64,000 nt of DNA, taken from assembly GCA_965249485.1 (NCBI GenBank), contig OZ252239.1, positions 2,048,001 to 2,112,000 on the forward strand, in the 5' to 3' direction. Positions 1 to 11,526 of this stretch are shown one piece after another. A program made the position numbers and the translations under genes. This DNA comes from a bacterium. GTDB lineage: Bacteria > SM23-31. Within the stretch, counting starts at the first letter, position 1. Each line of letters opens with the position of its first letter. The notes under the pieces are model-generated. The model made no database searches and was not told the DNA's origin. It saw only the letters and a list, made by a program, of their open reading frames with translations.

Positions 1-863
1 AACCCGTGACAGACAAAATATTAACGGCTGACAGCGGTAAGTATTACTATAAAGACCAGACACTTGTAGCAGAAAAAAATGTTCATTACCGGGAAGGATT
101 CAGAGAACTCCGTGCTAACAAGATGGACTACGGTGAAGTTGCACAAGAAGTCCGTGCTGAGGGGGATGTTCTTTTTTACGATCTTGTTCGGAATGTTACA
201 GCGACTTCGCAGTACGGTGAATATTTTCAGAATAAAGGGTACGGCAAATTTACCGGTGAACCATTGATAGTGCAGCCGAGCATTATCGGAGCTGATACAA
301 TGTATATTTCGGGCAAAATAATGGAATACTATGGAGGAAACGAATCCAGATTTGTTGTGACGGATAGTGTCTCTATCATTCGTGGCCCAGTGGAGGGTTT
401 GAGCAACAAAGCAACATACGAATTTGACCAATCAAAGGTTGTTCTCGAAGAAAATCCGATGATTCTCCATGAGTCAACAGAGATTTACGGGAGCCAGATA
501 GATTTGCTCCTTCAATACAATGTACTGAAGGAAATAGTGGTTATAGATAGTGCTGTTGCTTATACCGTTGCCGACACCTCAGGTAGATATAATATAAAAA
601 ATGAGCTACACGGTAAAATAATAAATATCTTCCTGAAAGGTGAACGGATAGAGAGAATAGTCGCAACACAAAATGCTGAAAGTATCTATTACAGTTTTGA
701 AAATGATGAGTTGCAGGGAAAGAACGTTTCTACTTCAGGACAGATAACTATTTTATTAGAAAATGGTCAACTCATCGAAATAAAAAGTGTTAACGGAATA
801 ATAGGGGAATTTACACCGGCTAGTATGCTACCGGAAATCAGTAACAGAAAACGCGATGAGTGA
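1..863 (+). CDS. LptA/OstA-like beta-jellyroll protein (LPS transport), 5'-truncated by window edge
   Basis: Repeated OstA-like beta motifs (ADSGKYY, RAEGDV, FTGEP, LEENP); overlaps the lptB start. Confidence 0.7.
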   Translation, partial: PVTDKILTADSGKYYYKDQTLVAEKNVHYREGFRELRANKMDYGEVAQEVRAEGDVLFYDLVRNVTATSQYGEYFQNKGYGKFTGEPLIVQPSIIGADTMYISGKIMEYYGGNESRFVVTDSVSIIRGPVEGLSNKATYEFDQSKVVLEENPMILHESTEIYGSQIDLLLQYNVLKEIVVIDSAVAYTVADTSGRYNIKNELHGKIINIFLKGERIERIVATQNAESIYYSFENDELQGKNVSTSGQITILLENGQLIEIKSVNGIIGEFTPASMLPEISNRKRDE

Positions 864-1596
864 AAACAATCTTCTGCTGCGGGCAGATAATCTGGTAAAA
901 TTTTACGGAAAGCGGCAAGTTGTTAATCAGGTTTCGATCGAGATTCAACAGGGTGAAATAGTTGGTCTGCTTGGGCCGAATGGCGCCGGAAAAACAACGA
1001 CATTCTACATGATTACAGGCATGATCAAACCGTCCGATGGTAAAGTCTTTCTCGGTGAGAAGGAGATTACTAAGTTGGCTATGTATCGCAGATCTCGGTT
1101 GGGTATCGGTTATCTTGCGCAGGAACCATCAGTTTTCAGAACTTTAACAGTAGAAGAAAACATATTGGCAATTCTCCAGACGATTTCGATAGAGCGCAAA
1201 GAACGTAAAGAGCGGCTGGAACATTTGCTGAATGAACTCGGATTAAGTAAACTCAGAAAAAGCAAAGCGTTTACACTCTCAGGAGGTGAGAGGAGAAAAG
1301 TTGAAATAACACGAGCGCTTGTTACAAATCCCAAATTCATTCTGCTTGATGAACCGTTTTCAGGAGTCGACCCGATAGCGGTTGAAGAAATACAGCGAAT
1401 TGTACGTGAATTGACAAAGAAGAATATTGGTGTTCTCATAACTGATCATAATGTTCACGAGACACTTTCAATTACAAACAGGGCATACCTCCTTTATGAA
1501 GGTAGAGTATTAAAATCGGGTAGTGCGGCTTTTCTGGCGAATGATGATGAGACCAGAAAACTCTATTTAGGTGACAAGTTTAGATTGGACAGGTAA
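856..1596 (+). CDS. lptB: LPS export ABC transporter ATP-binding protein
   Basis: GLLGPNGAGKTT, LSGGERRKVEI, LLDEPFSGVDP, ITDHNVHETL; lptA-lptB-rpoN order. Confidence 0.96.
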   Translation: MSENNLLLRADNLVKFYGKRQVVNQVSIEIQQGEIVGLLGPNGAGKTTTFYMITGMIKPSDGKVFLGEKEITKLAMYRRSRLGIGYLAQEPSVFRTLTVEENILAILQTISIERKERKERLEHLLNELGLSKLRKSKAFTLSGGERRKVEITRALVTNPKFILLDEPFSGVDPIAVEEIQRIVRELTKKNIGVLITDHNVHETLSITNRAYLLYEGRVLKSGSAAFLANDDETRKLYLGDKFRLDR

Positions 1597-1601
1597 CAAC
1601 T

Positions 1602-3053
1602 ATGGTACGATTAGAACAAAGATTTTCACTTCAACAGCGGTTGTCGCCTCAGCATGTACTGTTTTCAACCTTGCTCCAAATGCCAGTAATGACACTTGAG
1701 CAAAAGATTCAAACTGAGCTTGAGCAAAATCCTCTTCTTGAGGAAAATACGGAGATTGAGATTGACGAAAGTCAAAATGAAGAATTTCCTGATCCCGTTC
1801 AAGAAGAAATAAAAGAAAGCGACAGCGAGAAAGAGGATGCACAAGAAGAATCTGATTCGGGCGATGAGTTCGATATTCAAGAGTTTTTGAATGATGAAGA
1901 CGATTATGAGTTTGTACCGAAATATCGTAATACAGAGGAAGAAGATTTTCGGCCTGATCCGGCACCGGTGACACTCGCAGAGCATCTTCTGTCGCAATTC
2001 CATTTCCTCCGTCTCTCCGAACAAGGTGTTGAAATCGGTGAATATATAATTTGGAATATTAATGAAGACGGCTATCTTTCAACAGATACCGAAACACTTG
2101 CACGTAATCTCTCGGTACCACCTGATAAGATCATTACTCCAGAGAAAGTAGAATCAATTTTACTGAAAATTCAAACACTTGACCCCGTCGGCATCGGCGC
2201 TCGCACCCTTCAGGAATGCCTCGTCCTACAGCTAAACGATCAGGCTAAAGATAACACACTCGCAATTGCAATGTTGGAAGATCATTTTGATGATTTCAAA
2301 AATAAAAGGTATGAAAAATTGATGAAGCATCTGAATGCAGATGCCGAGGATATAAAAAACGCCATTGATGACATCAGCAAACTCAATCCCAAACCGGGTG
2401 AGGGATATTTTTCCACGAATGAAAACTACATAATTCCGGATATTATCGTAGATAGTGTAGGCAATGAATTTATTCCTAGTATTAATGATACGAATATTCC
2501 GCAGCTCCGCATCAGTAATGCTTATCGCCGCATGCTGACCGAAGGATCGAGCGTATCGAATGAAACAAAAAAATACATTCATCAGAAACTCGAATCTGCC
2601 AGATGGCTTATCAATTCTATACAGCAGCGGAAAATTACCATGATTAAGGTCATGCTGGAAATAATAAGCCGGCAGAAAGAATTCTTTTCAAAAGGTCAGA
2701 AATACATCAAGCCGATGATTTTAAAAGACATCGCCGACGTGATTGAAATGGATATTTCGACAATCAGCAGAGTCACAAACGGAAAATATGTGCAGACCGA
2801 TTTCGGTGTGTTTGAGCTTAAGTATTTCTTTAGTGACCGTATGATGACAGATGACGGTGATGAAATTTCGACACTACGACTAAAAAACCAGATAAAAGAG
2901 ATCATTGAGAGCGAAAACCACCAAAAACCCTTAACTGACGGACATATCGCTGAAATAGTTGCTGAAAAAGGTGTACCTATTGCCCGTCGAACGGTAGCAA
3001 AATATAGAGAGCAGATGAGGATTCCAGTTGCCAGGTTGAGGAGAAGAATTTAA
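1602..3053 (+). CDS. rpoN: RNA polymerase sigma-54 factor
   Basis: ELEQNPLLE, DPVGIGARTLQECL, STISRVTNGKY, RpoN box ARRTVAKYRE. Confidence 0.97.
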   Translation: MVRLEQRFSLQQRLSPQHVLFSTLLQMPVMTLEQKIQTELEQNPLLEENTEIEIDESQNEEFPDPVQEEIKESDSEKEDAQEESDSGDEFDIQEFLNDEDDYEFVPKYRNTEEEDFRPDPAPVTLAEHLLSQFHFLRLSEQGVEIGEYIIWNINEDGYLSTDTETLARNLSVPPDKIITPEKVESILLKIQTLDPVGIGARTLQECLVLQLNDQAKDNTLAIAMLEDHFDDFKNKRYEKLMKHLNADAEDIKNAIDDISKLNPKPGEGYFSTNENYIIPDIIVDSVGNEFIPSINDTNIPQLRISNAYRRMLTEGSSVSNETKKYIHQKLESARWLINSIQQRKITMIKVMLEIISRQKEFFSKGQKYIKPMILKDIADVIEMDISTISRVTNGKYVQTDFGVFELKYFFSDRMMTDDGDEISTLRLKNQIKEIIESENHQKPLTDGHIAEIVAEKGVPIARRTVAKYREQMRIPVARLRRRI

Positions 3054-3137
3054 TCGCAATTACTAAATATGATAATGTAAAACTTCAAACATTAGTAACA
3101 TTATTCGCAATACATTTTAATTAATTAGGGAGAGAAA

Positions 3138-4130
3138 ATGCAACAGAAACCGCGTTACCCGGGGGGTGAAATTAATATTCCCCAAATTGATTTTAAAAAT
3201 ATTAATCCGAAGATGATTTACGGAGCCGTCGCGGCCATTATAGTCATATGGATCCTGTCAGGTATTTATTTTGTCGGGCAGCAGGAAGAAGGTGTTGTCC
3301 GGCGATTTGGAAAATTTATTGAAAGGGTTGGTCCCGGTCCCCACTATAAACTGCCATGGCCGATGGATAAAGTTGATAAACCGAAAGTTGAAGAAATAAG
3401 AGGTATTGAGATCGGTTTTCGGACGCTTTCCCCGGGAACAGCAACATCTTCAGCACGGTATATGCAGGTGGGTGAAGAATCCCTCATGCTGACAGGTGAT
3501 GAAAACATTGTAGATCTCGATGTGATTGTGCAATACCGGATCAGAGATGCAGTCAATTATCTCTTTAAGGTAAGAAACCCTGACCAGACAGTCAGAAATG
3601 CGGCCGAAGCTGCTATTCGGTCGATTATAGGCAAAAACACAATCGATGATGCGTTGACGGAAAATAAAACAGCAATACAGAACGACGCGCTGCTGGAATT
3701 ACAGACAACTCTCGATGAGTATGAAGCAGGAATCTATATAGTCGCGGTAAACCTGCAGGATGTGCAACCACCCGAAGAGGTTGCCGATTCATTCAGAGAT
3801 GTTGCGAGAGCGATCCAGGACAAAAACAGGCTTATTAATGAAGCCCAGGGGTATAGAAATGATTTAATTCCACGTACTCGAGGAGAAGCTGAACAGCAGA
3901 TTCGTCAGGCTGAGGCTTACAGCGAGGAACGGGTTCGAAGATCTCAGGGTGATATCGACAGATTTCTTTCCATTCTTCAGCAATATAATAAGTCAAAAGA
4001 TGTGACAAAAAAACGACTTTACATAGAAACGATGGAAAAGATTCTTCCCGGTATGGAAAAATATATCATACAATCGGATAATAATGGCGGTATTTTAAAT
4101 CTGATCCAGCTCAACAAGGGAGGACAGTAA
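3138..4130 (+). CDS. hflK: FtsH modulator HflK
   Basis: N-terminal TM plus SPFH domain, MLTGDENIVD, LQDVQPPEEV; translationally coupled to hflC. Confidence 0.93.
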   Translation: MQQKPRYPGGEINIPQIDFKNINPKMIYGAVAAIIVIWILSGIYFVGQQEEGVVRRFGKFIERVGPGPHYKLPWPMDKVDKPKVEEIRGIEIGFRTLSPGTATSSARYMQVGEESLMLTGDENIVDLDVIVQYRIRDAVNYLFKVRNPDQTVRNAAEAAIRSIIGKNTIDDALTENKTAIQNDALLELQTTLDEYEAGIYIVAVNLQDVQPPEEVADSFRDVARAIQDKNRLINEAQGYRNDLIPRTRGEAEQQIRQAEAYSEERVRRSQGDIDRFLSILQQYNKSKDVTKKRLYIETMEKILPGMEKYIIQSDNNGGILNLIQLNKGGQ

Positions 4131-4990
4131 TGGAACGGAAAATGAGTATAATTGCAATTGCAGTCTTAGCTGCATTTATTTTGCTGAATTCGATAATGTA
4201 CTCTGTTGATGAGACTGAGCAGGCTGTTGTCCTGCGGTTTGAGGAAATTGTCTATACGGTGACAGAGGCAGGTCTCCAATTTAAATTGCCGTTTATTGAG
4301 AAGGTTGAAGTATTTGAAAAACGTCTTTTGGAATACGATGCGGCACCGAAAGAAATAATCACCAACGATAAGAAGACGCTGGTTGTCGATAATTTTGCAC
4401 GCTGGAAAATTTCCAATTTGACGACATTCTTTGAGCGTGTCAGAACTGAAAACGCAGCACAAAATCGGCTTGATGAAATCATATACTCAGATCTGAGAAA
4501 TGAATTAGGAAAGTACACGTTTAGCGAAATAATATCTGAAAGACGACAGGATATAATGAATTTAGTAATGGAACTTTCAAATATTAAATGTGCCGATCTC
4601 GGAATTGAAATTATCGATGTCAGAATTAAACGTGCCGATCTGCCGCCTGAAAATGAAACTGCGGTATTTGAGCGGATGCGCGCAGAACGGAGACGGCAGG
4701 CAAATCTATCCCGCTCAGAGGGTGAAGAAGAGTCACTCAAGATTCGAGCGGAAACCGACAAGCAGGCCACCATAATTCAGGCCGAAGCGTATCAAAAATC
4801 TCAGCAGGCACGGGGTGAAGGTGACGCAGCAGCACTGACAATTTTTGCGGATGGCTATAACCGTGATCCCGATTTTTTCCAGTTTATGCGAACGCTTGAA
4901 GCATATGAAGTAACACTGAAGGACAAAACCACGTTGGTTTTGCCGCCCGATTCGGATTTTCTGAAATTCCTGACGCAGATAGAAAATTAA
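4130..4990 (+). CDS. hflC: FtsH modulator HflC
   Basis: DKKTLVVDNFARWKI, DVRIKRADLP, FERMRAER, DPDFFQFMRTLEAY. Confidence 0.94.
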   Translation: MERKMSIIAIAVLAAFILLNSIMYSVDETEQAVVLRFEEIVYTVTEAGLQFKLPFIEKVEVFEKRLLEYDAAPKEIITNDKKTLVVDNFARWKISNLTTFFERVRTENAAQNRLDEIIYSDLRNELGKYTFSEIISERRQDIMNLVMELSNIKCADLGIEIIDVRIKRADLPPENETAVFERMRAERRRQANLSRSEGEEESLKIRAETDKQATIIQAEAYQKSQQARGEGDAAALTIFADGYNRDPDFFQFMRTLEAYEVTLKDKTTLVLPPDSDFLKFLTQIEN

Positions 4991-5023
4991 TGTATTTTCA
5001 ACTAGTAAATGTGTGAGGATGTT

Positions 5024-5596
5024 ATGAATGCGGAAATGCGTATTCGTGCAACAACGATAATTGGAATAATTCGAAATGGTGAAGTTGCTCTTGGCGGAGA
5101 CGGTCAAGTGACTTTAGGGGATACCATTGTCAAGCAAAATACCCGAAAAATCAGAAAAATGGGCAATGATACCATAGTAGCCGGTTTTGCCGGCACTGCC
5201 GCTGATGCATTTACGCTTTTTGACAAATTTGAGCAGAAACTCGATCAGTATAGCGGAAATCTAGAGCGGGCAGCGGTCGAGCTTGCAAAAGATTGGAGAA
5301 CAGACAAATATCTCAGACGTCTTGAAGCACTACTTGGTGTAATGAGTATAGATCGCTCGTTTATTATATCAGGATCGGGCGATGTGATTGAACCAGAAGA
5401 CGGTATTGTTGCGATCGGCTCCGGCGGGACATATGCACTTGCTGTTGCACGCGCGCTCGTGAAAAATACAAACAAAAGCGCTCGGGAAATAGTTGAGGAG
5501 TCGTTAGAAATCGCTGCAGATATCTGCATATATACGAACAAAGAGATTGTTGTCGAAGAAATAACCAAGAAACAAAAGAGGTCCGGAAAGAAGTAA
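5024..5596 (+). CDS. hslV: ATP-dependent protease peptidase subunit
   Basis: ATTII (catalytic Thr), [33 protein letters not shown] before ATG 5024. Confidence 0.96.
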   Translation: MNAEMRIRATTIIGIIRNGEVALGGDGQVTLGDTIVKQNTRKIRKMGNDTIVAGFAGTAADAFTLFDKFEQKLDQYSGNLERAAVELAKDWRTDKYLRRLEALLGVMSIDRSFIISGSGDVIEPEDGIVAIGSGGTYALAVARALVKNTNKSAREIVEESLEIAADICIYTNKEIVVEEITKKQKRSGKK

Positions 5597-6951
5597 TGAA
5601 AGTCAAAGAGTTTACCCCTAAAGAGATTGTCAAAGAACTTGACAAATATATAATCGGACAGAAAAATGCCAAAAAATCTGTGGCGATTGCATTACGCAAC
5701 AGATGGAGACGGCAACAGGTCCATGAAGAATTGCGCGAAGAAATTATGCCGAACAATATAATTCTTATCGGCTCAACCGGTGTTGGAAAAACCGAAATTG
5801 CCCGGCGGCTTGCAAAGTTATCAAATGCGCCATTTATTAAAGTCGAGGCTTCAAAGTTTACCGAAGTCGGGTATGTTGGACGTGATGTCGAATCTATCAT
5901 TCGTGATCTTACCGATATTTCGGTAGCAATGATAAAGTCGGATAAGACCAAAATCGTTCAAGAAGAAGCCGAATTCCTAGCGGAAGAGCGGATACTCGAG
6001 ATGCTCCTGCCCGCCGTGCAAAAGCGCAAAGAACTCAACGATGATGAAGATACCGACATTGCCGATAAATTTGAACGGACACGCGAAAAACTTCGTTTGC
6101 AATTAAGGGAAGGCAAACTTGAAGATAGAATGATTGAACTTGACCTTCCGCAGGATTCGTTTCCTATGATGCAGATTTTTTCTCCTGTTGGAATAGAGGA
6201 AATGGGACTCAACATTCAGGACCTTTTCGGTGGTTTGATGCCGAAAAAGATGAAGAAAAGGAAAATGTCGATATCAGAAGCACGAACGTTTTTCATTCAG
6301 GAAGAAGCGCAAAAGCTGATCGACATGGAAAAGGTCATCAAAGAATCAGTTACCTGGGTTGAGCAGTCAGGTATTGTATTTCTTGATGAAATCGATAAAA
6401 TAGCCGGTGAAGATCACGGCAATGGACCGGATGTATCACGCGAAGGAGTTCAGCGCGATCTGTTGCCGATTGTGGAAGGTTCGATTGTTGTTACAAAGTA
6501 CGGAATGGTCAAAACCGACCATATTCTCTTTATTGCATCGGGAGCGTTTCACTCTGCAAAACCTTCCGATCTGATTCCAGAGTTACAAGGGCGTTTTCCT
6601 ATCCGTGTCGAACTCGACAACCTTACAACGAATGATTTTGTACGGATATTAAAAGAACCGCAAAATGCTCTGACGATTCAGTATGCAGAACTTTTGAAAA
6701 CTGAAAAAATCGAGCTTGATTTTACTAAAGAAGGTATTTATGAAATTGCCCGTACAGCCCATGAAGTAAACGAACGCACGGAAAACATTGGCGCACGCCG
6801 TCTCCATACGGTTATGACTATCCTGCTTGATGAAATTTTGTTCATGTCTCCGCAGAAGCGTGTTAAAGTGATCAATATTACCGGGGACTATGTCAATAAT
6901 GTGTTAAGTGAAATCGTCGAAGATGAAGATTTGACACGGTATATATTGTAA
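5596..6951 (+). CDS. hslU: ATP-dependent protease ATPase subunit
   Basis: [52 protein letters not shown]. Confidence 0.97.
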   Translation: MKVKEFTPKEIVKELDKYIIGQKNAKKSVAIALRNRWRRQQVHEELREEIMPNNIILIGSTGVGKTEIARRLAKLSNAPFIKVEASKFTEVGYVGRDVESIIRDLTDISVAMIKSDKTKIVQEEAEFLAEERILEMLLPAVQKRKELNDDEDTDIADKFERTREKLRLQLREGKLEDRMIELDLPQDSFPMMQIFSPVGIEEMGLNIQDLFGGLMPKKMKKRKMSISEARTFFIQEEAQKLIDMEKVIKESVTWVEQSGIVFLDEIDKIAGEDHGNGPDVSREGVQRDLLPIVEGSIVVTKYGMVKTDHILFIASGAFHSAKPSDLIPELQGRFPIRVELDNLTTNDFVRILKEPQNALTIQYAELLKTEKIELDFTKEGIYEIARTAHEVNERTENIGARRLHTVMTILLDEILFMSPQKRVKVINITGDYVNNVLSEIVEDEDLTRYIL

Positions 6952-7143
6952 AGGATCGAATTTAACACAAGAAGTGCTCATCGCGTGAAACTACCGTATT
7001 GCAACTTTCTTGAACATATAATTGCAATACCGCTGCTCCATTTTTGCTTGCCTTTTAAGTATGGTATTCCGACATTACTCTTGCCTCAGTAAGTAAGTGT
7101 TGTACAAATTCATCAATCTATCATCGCACTACAGTAGAAATCA

Positions 7144-9357
7144 ATGACCCCGATTAAAAGCATTTCGGTTATTTCGCAGGGGAGTTTTTTACTCTTTGCG
7201 TTCTTGTTATTCTTAAGTGTTGGTGCAATTATTTTTATGTATAAATCGACGACCCCTCCTGTTGCTTCGTGGAGAAGATTTCTGCTTGCTGCCGTCCGTT
7301 TTTGTGCTTTGTTGGCTATAGTCGGGGTTATATTTTCTCCGGTGTTAATGGTGTCATACGAGGATCAGCAAAAACCAAATCTTGCAATTGTAATCGATAC
7401 ATCATCTAGTATGAATAATTCTCTTCTTGCGGATAGAGAGCAATCTCAAGATGATAATCTGCAGCCTCATAGTATCATAAATGCTCTTCAATCAATAGAT
7501 ATTCAGGCATTAACTCAGAGTATGGATCTTAATTATTACCAGTTTGACCGCGTAGTTCAGTCAATTACTGAAAATGATTTACCTGCTCTTGTATTCGAAG
7601 GAGAAGGCACAGATATATCATCCGTACTTCGCACGGTGATAGATCGTCCTGATGAACAAACTCTCCGTGGAATAGTGCTCATTACAGACGGAATGTATAA
7701 TATTGGTGAGAATCCGGCATATACAGCAAGTATGAGTGACACGCCGGTATTTCCTGTCCTGATTGGAGATCCCACACTAAAAAATGATGTGTTGATTACT
7801 GATGTACAAATGAACGAAATTACTTATACGGATGAAGAAATTCCCGTTACTGTCACCGTTCAAAGCAGCGGATATGAAGGGCGGTCAGCAGCAGTACAGC
7901 TTTTCTCAGCCGATAACGAATTATTAGATTCCGGGACTATCTTCCTCGGAAGTGATTTTCAGGAGCAGACTATAGTGTTTCATTACACCCCTAAATTAGC
8001 CGGAGTTCAAACACTACATGTTTCGGTTCCCTCATTTGAAAATGAGGTATCGGTAGAAAATAATAATCAAGATATACACTTGAAAGTGTTAGAGTCAAAA
8101 TTGAAAATACTTATTATTGCCGGTCGTCCCAGCCTCGATTTTTCTTTTATGAAAAGGAGCCTTGAATCAGTTGATGATTATACGGTAACATCGCTCGTTC
8201 TGAAACCTGGAGGATCTTATCTGGAGAATACTGTGGCAATTCTGAACAGTATACATACATTTCATTTATTCATATTCATTGATTTTCCTGCTGAGCAGAG
8301 TTCGGATGCACCGATACAAGCATTACGGTCCGAAATTGCCGGAAAAAATAAACCGGTATTGTACATGAGCGGCCCGTCATTGTCTCCGGTTCAGCTTCAA
8401 AACATTGCTGACATGATAGCTGTGAGAAATCTTGTTCAACGGGGTGAAGAGATCGAAACATTTTTCAAATTGTCCGAAGACGCCTTCAATCACCCGGTAT
8501 TTCAAATATCAGATGATCCTAATACAAATAGGATGCTCTGGTCAACTTTGCCTCCAATCTATACACCCGGAATGATTCCGGTTCCGATCAATGATGCAGA
8601 AATAATGGCAAATGTTGATATTGTTCGTGCTCCGGCTTCATCCTCCGCAAGCAACACACCGCTCATGTTTCTGAGAAGAGTCGAAGAAAGAAAATCTCTG
8701 TTCCTTAATATCTATACTATGTGGCGCTGGAAGCTCATGTTACTCCGTGATCCTGAGAAGAGAGATTTTTATGATACATTTTTAAAGAACTGCGTTCAAT
8801 GGCTTGTGAATTCCGAAGATAGTAAGCAAGTATCAATTGCGACTAATAAAGAATTTTACCGTAACGGTGAATCCATTTATGTCAGTGCGCAGGTTTATAC
8901 ACCTAATTACGAGCCGATCGACAATGCAGAAGTGCAAATATCCATAAAAAATGCCGAATCAGAGTTTTCACGCATTCTGTTATCGACAGGGAATGGTCAC
9001 TATTCATTATCACTAACAATATTAGAACCGGGGAATTACACACTCTCTGCCAGTGCAATACTAGACGACTATTTAATTGGATCCGATGTAACTGATTTTT
9101 TTATAGACAGCTTTAATATTGAGCAGCTTAAAACAACCTCTGACAGCCTACTATTGGCTCAGATCGCTGAGCAGTCAGGCGGGGCACTTCTTAAAACAGA
9201 TAAATTGTCCAATCTTACAGAGTATCTTGATACCAGCCTGATTGCTATACTGAAAACTATCACTCTTCAGATTTGGAACACGGCTTGGTTGTTGGCGGTT
9301 ATAGTTTTCCTATTATGCTTAGAGTGGTTTTTAAGGAAAAGGATGGGGATGCTGTAA
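7144..9357 (+). CDS. Membrane protein with vWA (MIDAS) and Ig-like domains
   Basis: Two N-terminal TMs, DTSSSM and ITDG MIDAS motifs, C-terminal TM ending EWFLRKR. Confidence 0.7.
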   Translation: MTPIKSISVISQGSFLLFAFLLFLSVGAIIFMYKSTTPPVASWRRFLLAAVRFCALLAIVGVIFSPVLMVSYEDQQKPNLAIVIDTSSSMNNSLLADREQSQDDNLQPHSIINALQSIDIQALTQSMDLNYYQFDRVVQSITENDLPALVFEGEGTDISSVLRTVIDRPDEQTLRGIVLITDGMYNIGENPAYTASMSDTPVFPVLIGDPTLKNDVLITDVQMNEITYTDEEIPVTVTVQSSGYEGRSAAVQLFSADNELLDSGTIFLGSDFQEQTIVFHYTPKLAGVQTLHVSVPSFENEVSVENNNQDIHLKVLESKLKILIIAGRPSLDFSFMKRSLESVDDYTVTSLVLKPGGSYLENTVAILNSIHTFHLFIFIDFPAEQSSDAPIQALRSEIAGKNKPVLYMSGPSLSPVQLQNIADMIAVRNLVQRGEEIETFFKLSEDAFNHPVFQISDDPNTNRMLWSTLPPIYTPGMIPVPINDAEIMANVDIVRAPASSSASNTPLMFLRRVEERKSLFLNIYTMWRWKLMLLRDPEKRDFYDTFLKNCVQWLVNSEDSKQVSIATNKEFYRNGESIYVSAQVYTPNYEPIDNAEVQISIKNAESEFSRILLSTGNGHYSLSLTILEPGNYTLSASAILDDYLIGSDVTDFFIDSFNIEQLKTTSDSLLLAQIAEQSGGALLKTDKLSNLTEYLDTSLIAILKTITLQIWNTAWLLAVIVFLLCLEWFLRKRMGML

Positions 9358-9492
9358 AAATGAAATTTTCAATTCTACAGCGAAAAAAGCGGAAAATTTT
9401 ATAATTTTTTTATCGCATTCTATAAATCAATTTGTAGTAACTTATTGTCATAATGGGATGTTTCATAAACTATATAAATGGAAGGATATCTC

Positions 9493-9684
9493 ATGACGTG
9501 CAACGTAGGAAAGACCGACAGAAAAATACGAATAATTGCCGGGGTAGTTATTGCAGGGGCAGGGATATATTACCAGTCCTGGTTAGGTTTGATTGCACTT
9601 GCACCGCTTGGAACGGCAATATCAGGATGGTGCCCGACATATCTACCGTTTAAAATCAATACGCAGAAATCTGATAGTGTCTAA
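9493..9684 (+). CDS. DUF2892/YgaP-like small membrane protein
   Basis: NVGKTDRKIRII...GWCPTY; GAAGGA RBS. Confidence 0.85.
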   Translation: MTCNVGKTDRKIRIIAGVVIAGAGIYYQSWLGLIALAPLGTAISGWCPTYLPFKINTQKSDSV

Positions 9685-9983
9685 CAATTCCAATTGGTAA
9701 TAGCCGATCTCGTTAACCTGTCGATTACGGGTGGTCACGCTGAAGTGTGCTAAAATATTCCAAATAAACTACCAAACCCTCAAAGGTTTTATATCCGAGA
9801 GTATTCCGTATACTGTTAAAGTCATTTTTTTTATAAGGTTATTGTATAATCATGCAGTAGTGATAATGGTTTGAGATGCCATTTTTATGTCAGTTTGATT
9901 GTGAATAGTTATAGGGAGTAATAATTTTTATACTCATCAACTTTATATGATGAAGTGTTATAATTAGGATATAAATAAATCAA

Positions 9984-10478
9984 ATGCAAAATGAGGCAAA
10001 TATGAATTCGCTCTTTCAATATAAAATGACTCATAGAATTGAGTTCGATGATCTTGATGCTTTTCAAGTTGTTCACAATAGTACTTATTTCCGCTTTTTC
10101 GAAAGAGGTCGTATAGAATACCTTCGCCATGTCGGACTTATTCCAGATCAGGAACAGGGATTTAAAAATATCGAAGTAGCAGTTGTTGAAAATTACTGCT
10201 CATATAGAAAACCTGCAAAATTTGACGATGTTATTGCAGTAAATCTGCGAATTTCATATTTAAAAAAAAGCAGTCTTCAGTTCCAATATTTGATAGAGAG
10301 AGATAATGATGGTGTTTTGATAGCATATGGCTATTCTAATCTCATCAACGTCTCTGGCCCTCATTTTAAGGTAACGCGGTTCAATCCAGAATTTTTAAGA
10401 GCAATAGAAACATTTGAAGGTGATAACCTTGATAAAATGACCGGTATTCCAAACGTGAAAAATAATACGAATCACTGA
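9984..10478 (+). CDS. Acyl-CoA thioesterase, YbgC/FadM (4HBT) family
   Basis: DLDAFQVVHNSTYFRFFERGR, YRKPAKFDD. Confidence 0.85.
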   Translation: MQNEANMNSLFQYKMTHRIEFDDLDAFQVVHNSTYFRFFERGRIEYLRHVGLIPDQEQGFKNIEVAVVENYCSYRKPAKFDDVIAVNLRISYLKKSSLQFQYLIERDNDGVLIAYGYSNLINVSGPHFKVTRFNPEFLRAIETFEGDNLDKMTGIPNVKNNTNH

Positions 10479-10529
10479 GAGAGTAAAACAGAATCTCAAC
10501 ATTTGTGTTGCTATTACAACACGGAATTT

Positions 10530-10830
10530 GTTATAATAGCAACATTGTTTTTCACCATCCATCATCATCATACTAGCATCACTCAGAACTTATTAACTGA
10601 ACACCTATTAGAACACAATATTGGAAATATCCGATCAGTCTGGGGTACTTGATTACCGTGAAGAGCTGGCTGTAAATCCTGTTGCATTCAACAAGGCAAC
10701 ATTCAAAAAAATTCTCAGAATTCCGGAGATCTCTCCTGATCAAGGTGGGAAAATTTCATCCTATCGCAGAAAATAGCAACCTTTCACAAATCTTACGTCA
10801 ATTCAGCAGATCAATTCAATACACAGAACT
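10530..10830 (+). pseudogene. Decayed ComEA-like helix-hairpin-helix protein
   Basis: From 10621 reads LEISDQSGVLDYREELAVNPVAFNKATFKKILRIPEISPDQGGKISSYRRK*QPFTNLTSIQQI; hydrophobic leader in another frame upstream. Confidence 0.55.
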
Positions 10831-11526
10831 GGTTTGAGCTTATCATACAAATTTCAAACTTAGACAGTGACAGATCCTCTATATTAATAGAAATCCGATC
10901 AGCGATTTCATTGTGTTTTGGAGAAGTCAAAGAGGGTGTACAGTTTTGAGAAATTTCCAAAGAATGAACATGTTTTTAAATCGGACATAATGAGTACATT
11001 TGAAGTGTGTTCTTCTAATAATGTAATAGCAATTTTTGAATAATATTTGTACATTTAACCCATATATATTTCGATGAGTTTCCTCACAAGAAACATACAT
11101 ACTATATAGTATAATTGTATTTCTTACACATTAAATTATATTTCAAACTGCCAATTAAATATTTTTTTCATTTATGGTGAGTATGAAGTACCAGAGTTGA
11201 TTAGTTGAAGCAAATACGCCTTCTGTTAAAGTTCCGGTTTTTGGATTGATAATGTACTCCGATTGTGACAATCTTGAGCACTCCAAACCATCCTCATTGA
11301 TGAGATTTAATCGTCTTATAAGAGAATCTATTCCTCTTTATCGATGTAATACTGCACAAGAATTCAATGACCGTTGTTTCCTGATTTGTTATTATAAAAT
11401 ATATTCTCAATTTTTAAGAACATCACAATCTTTATACATCTATTTTAATAGTTTAAACCCGCTTATACTTGTCAATAATATACAAAGTTTAAATTCTGAG
11501 ATACTCGTTGAAAGGAGTTGGTAAAG

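Noticed and set aside
6996..7030. Inverted repeat GTATTGCAA-N17-TTGCAATAC after hslU
   Set aside because: Large loop and no U tract; cannot be assigned as a terminator or operator.
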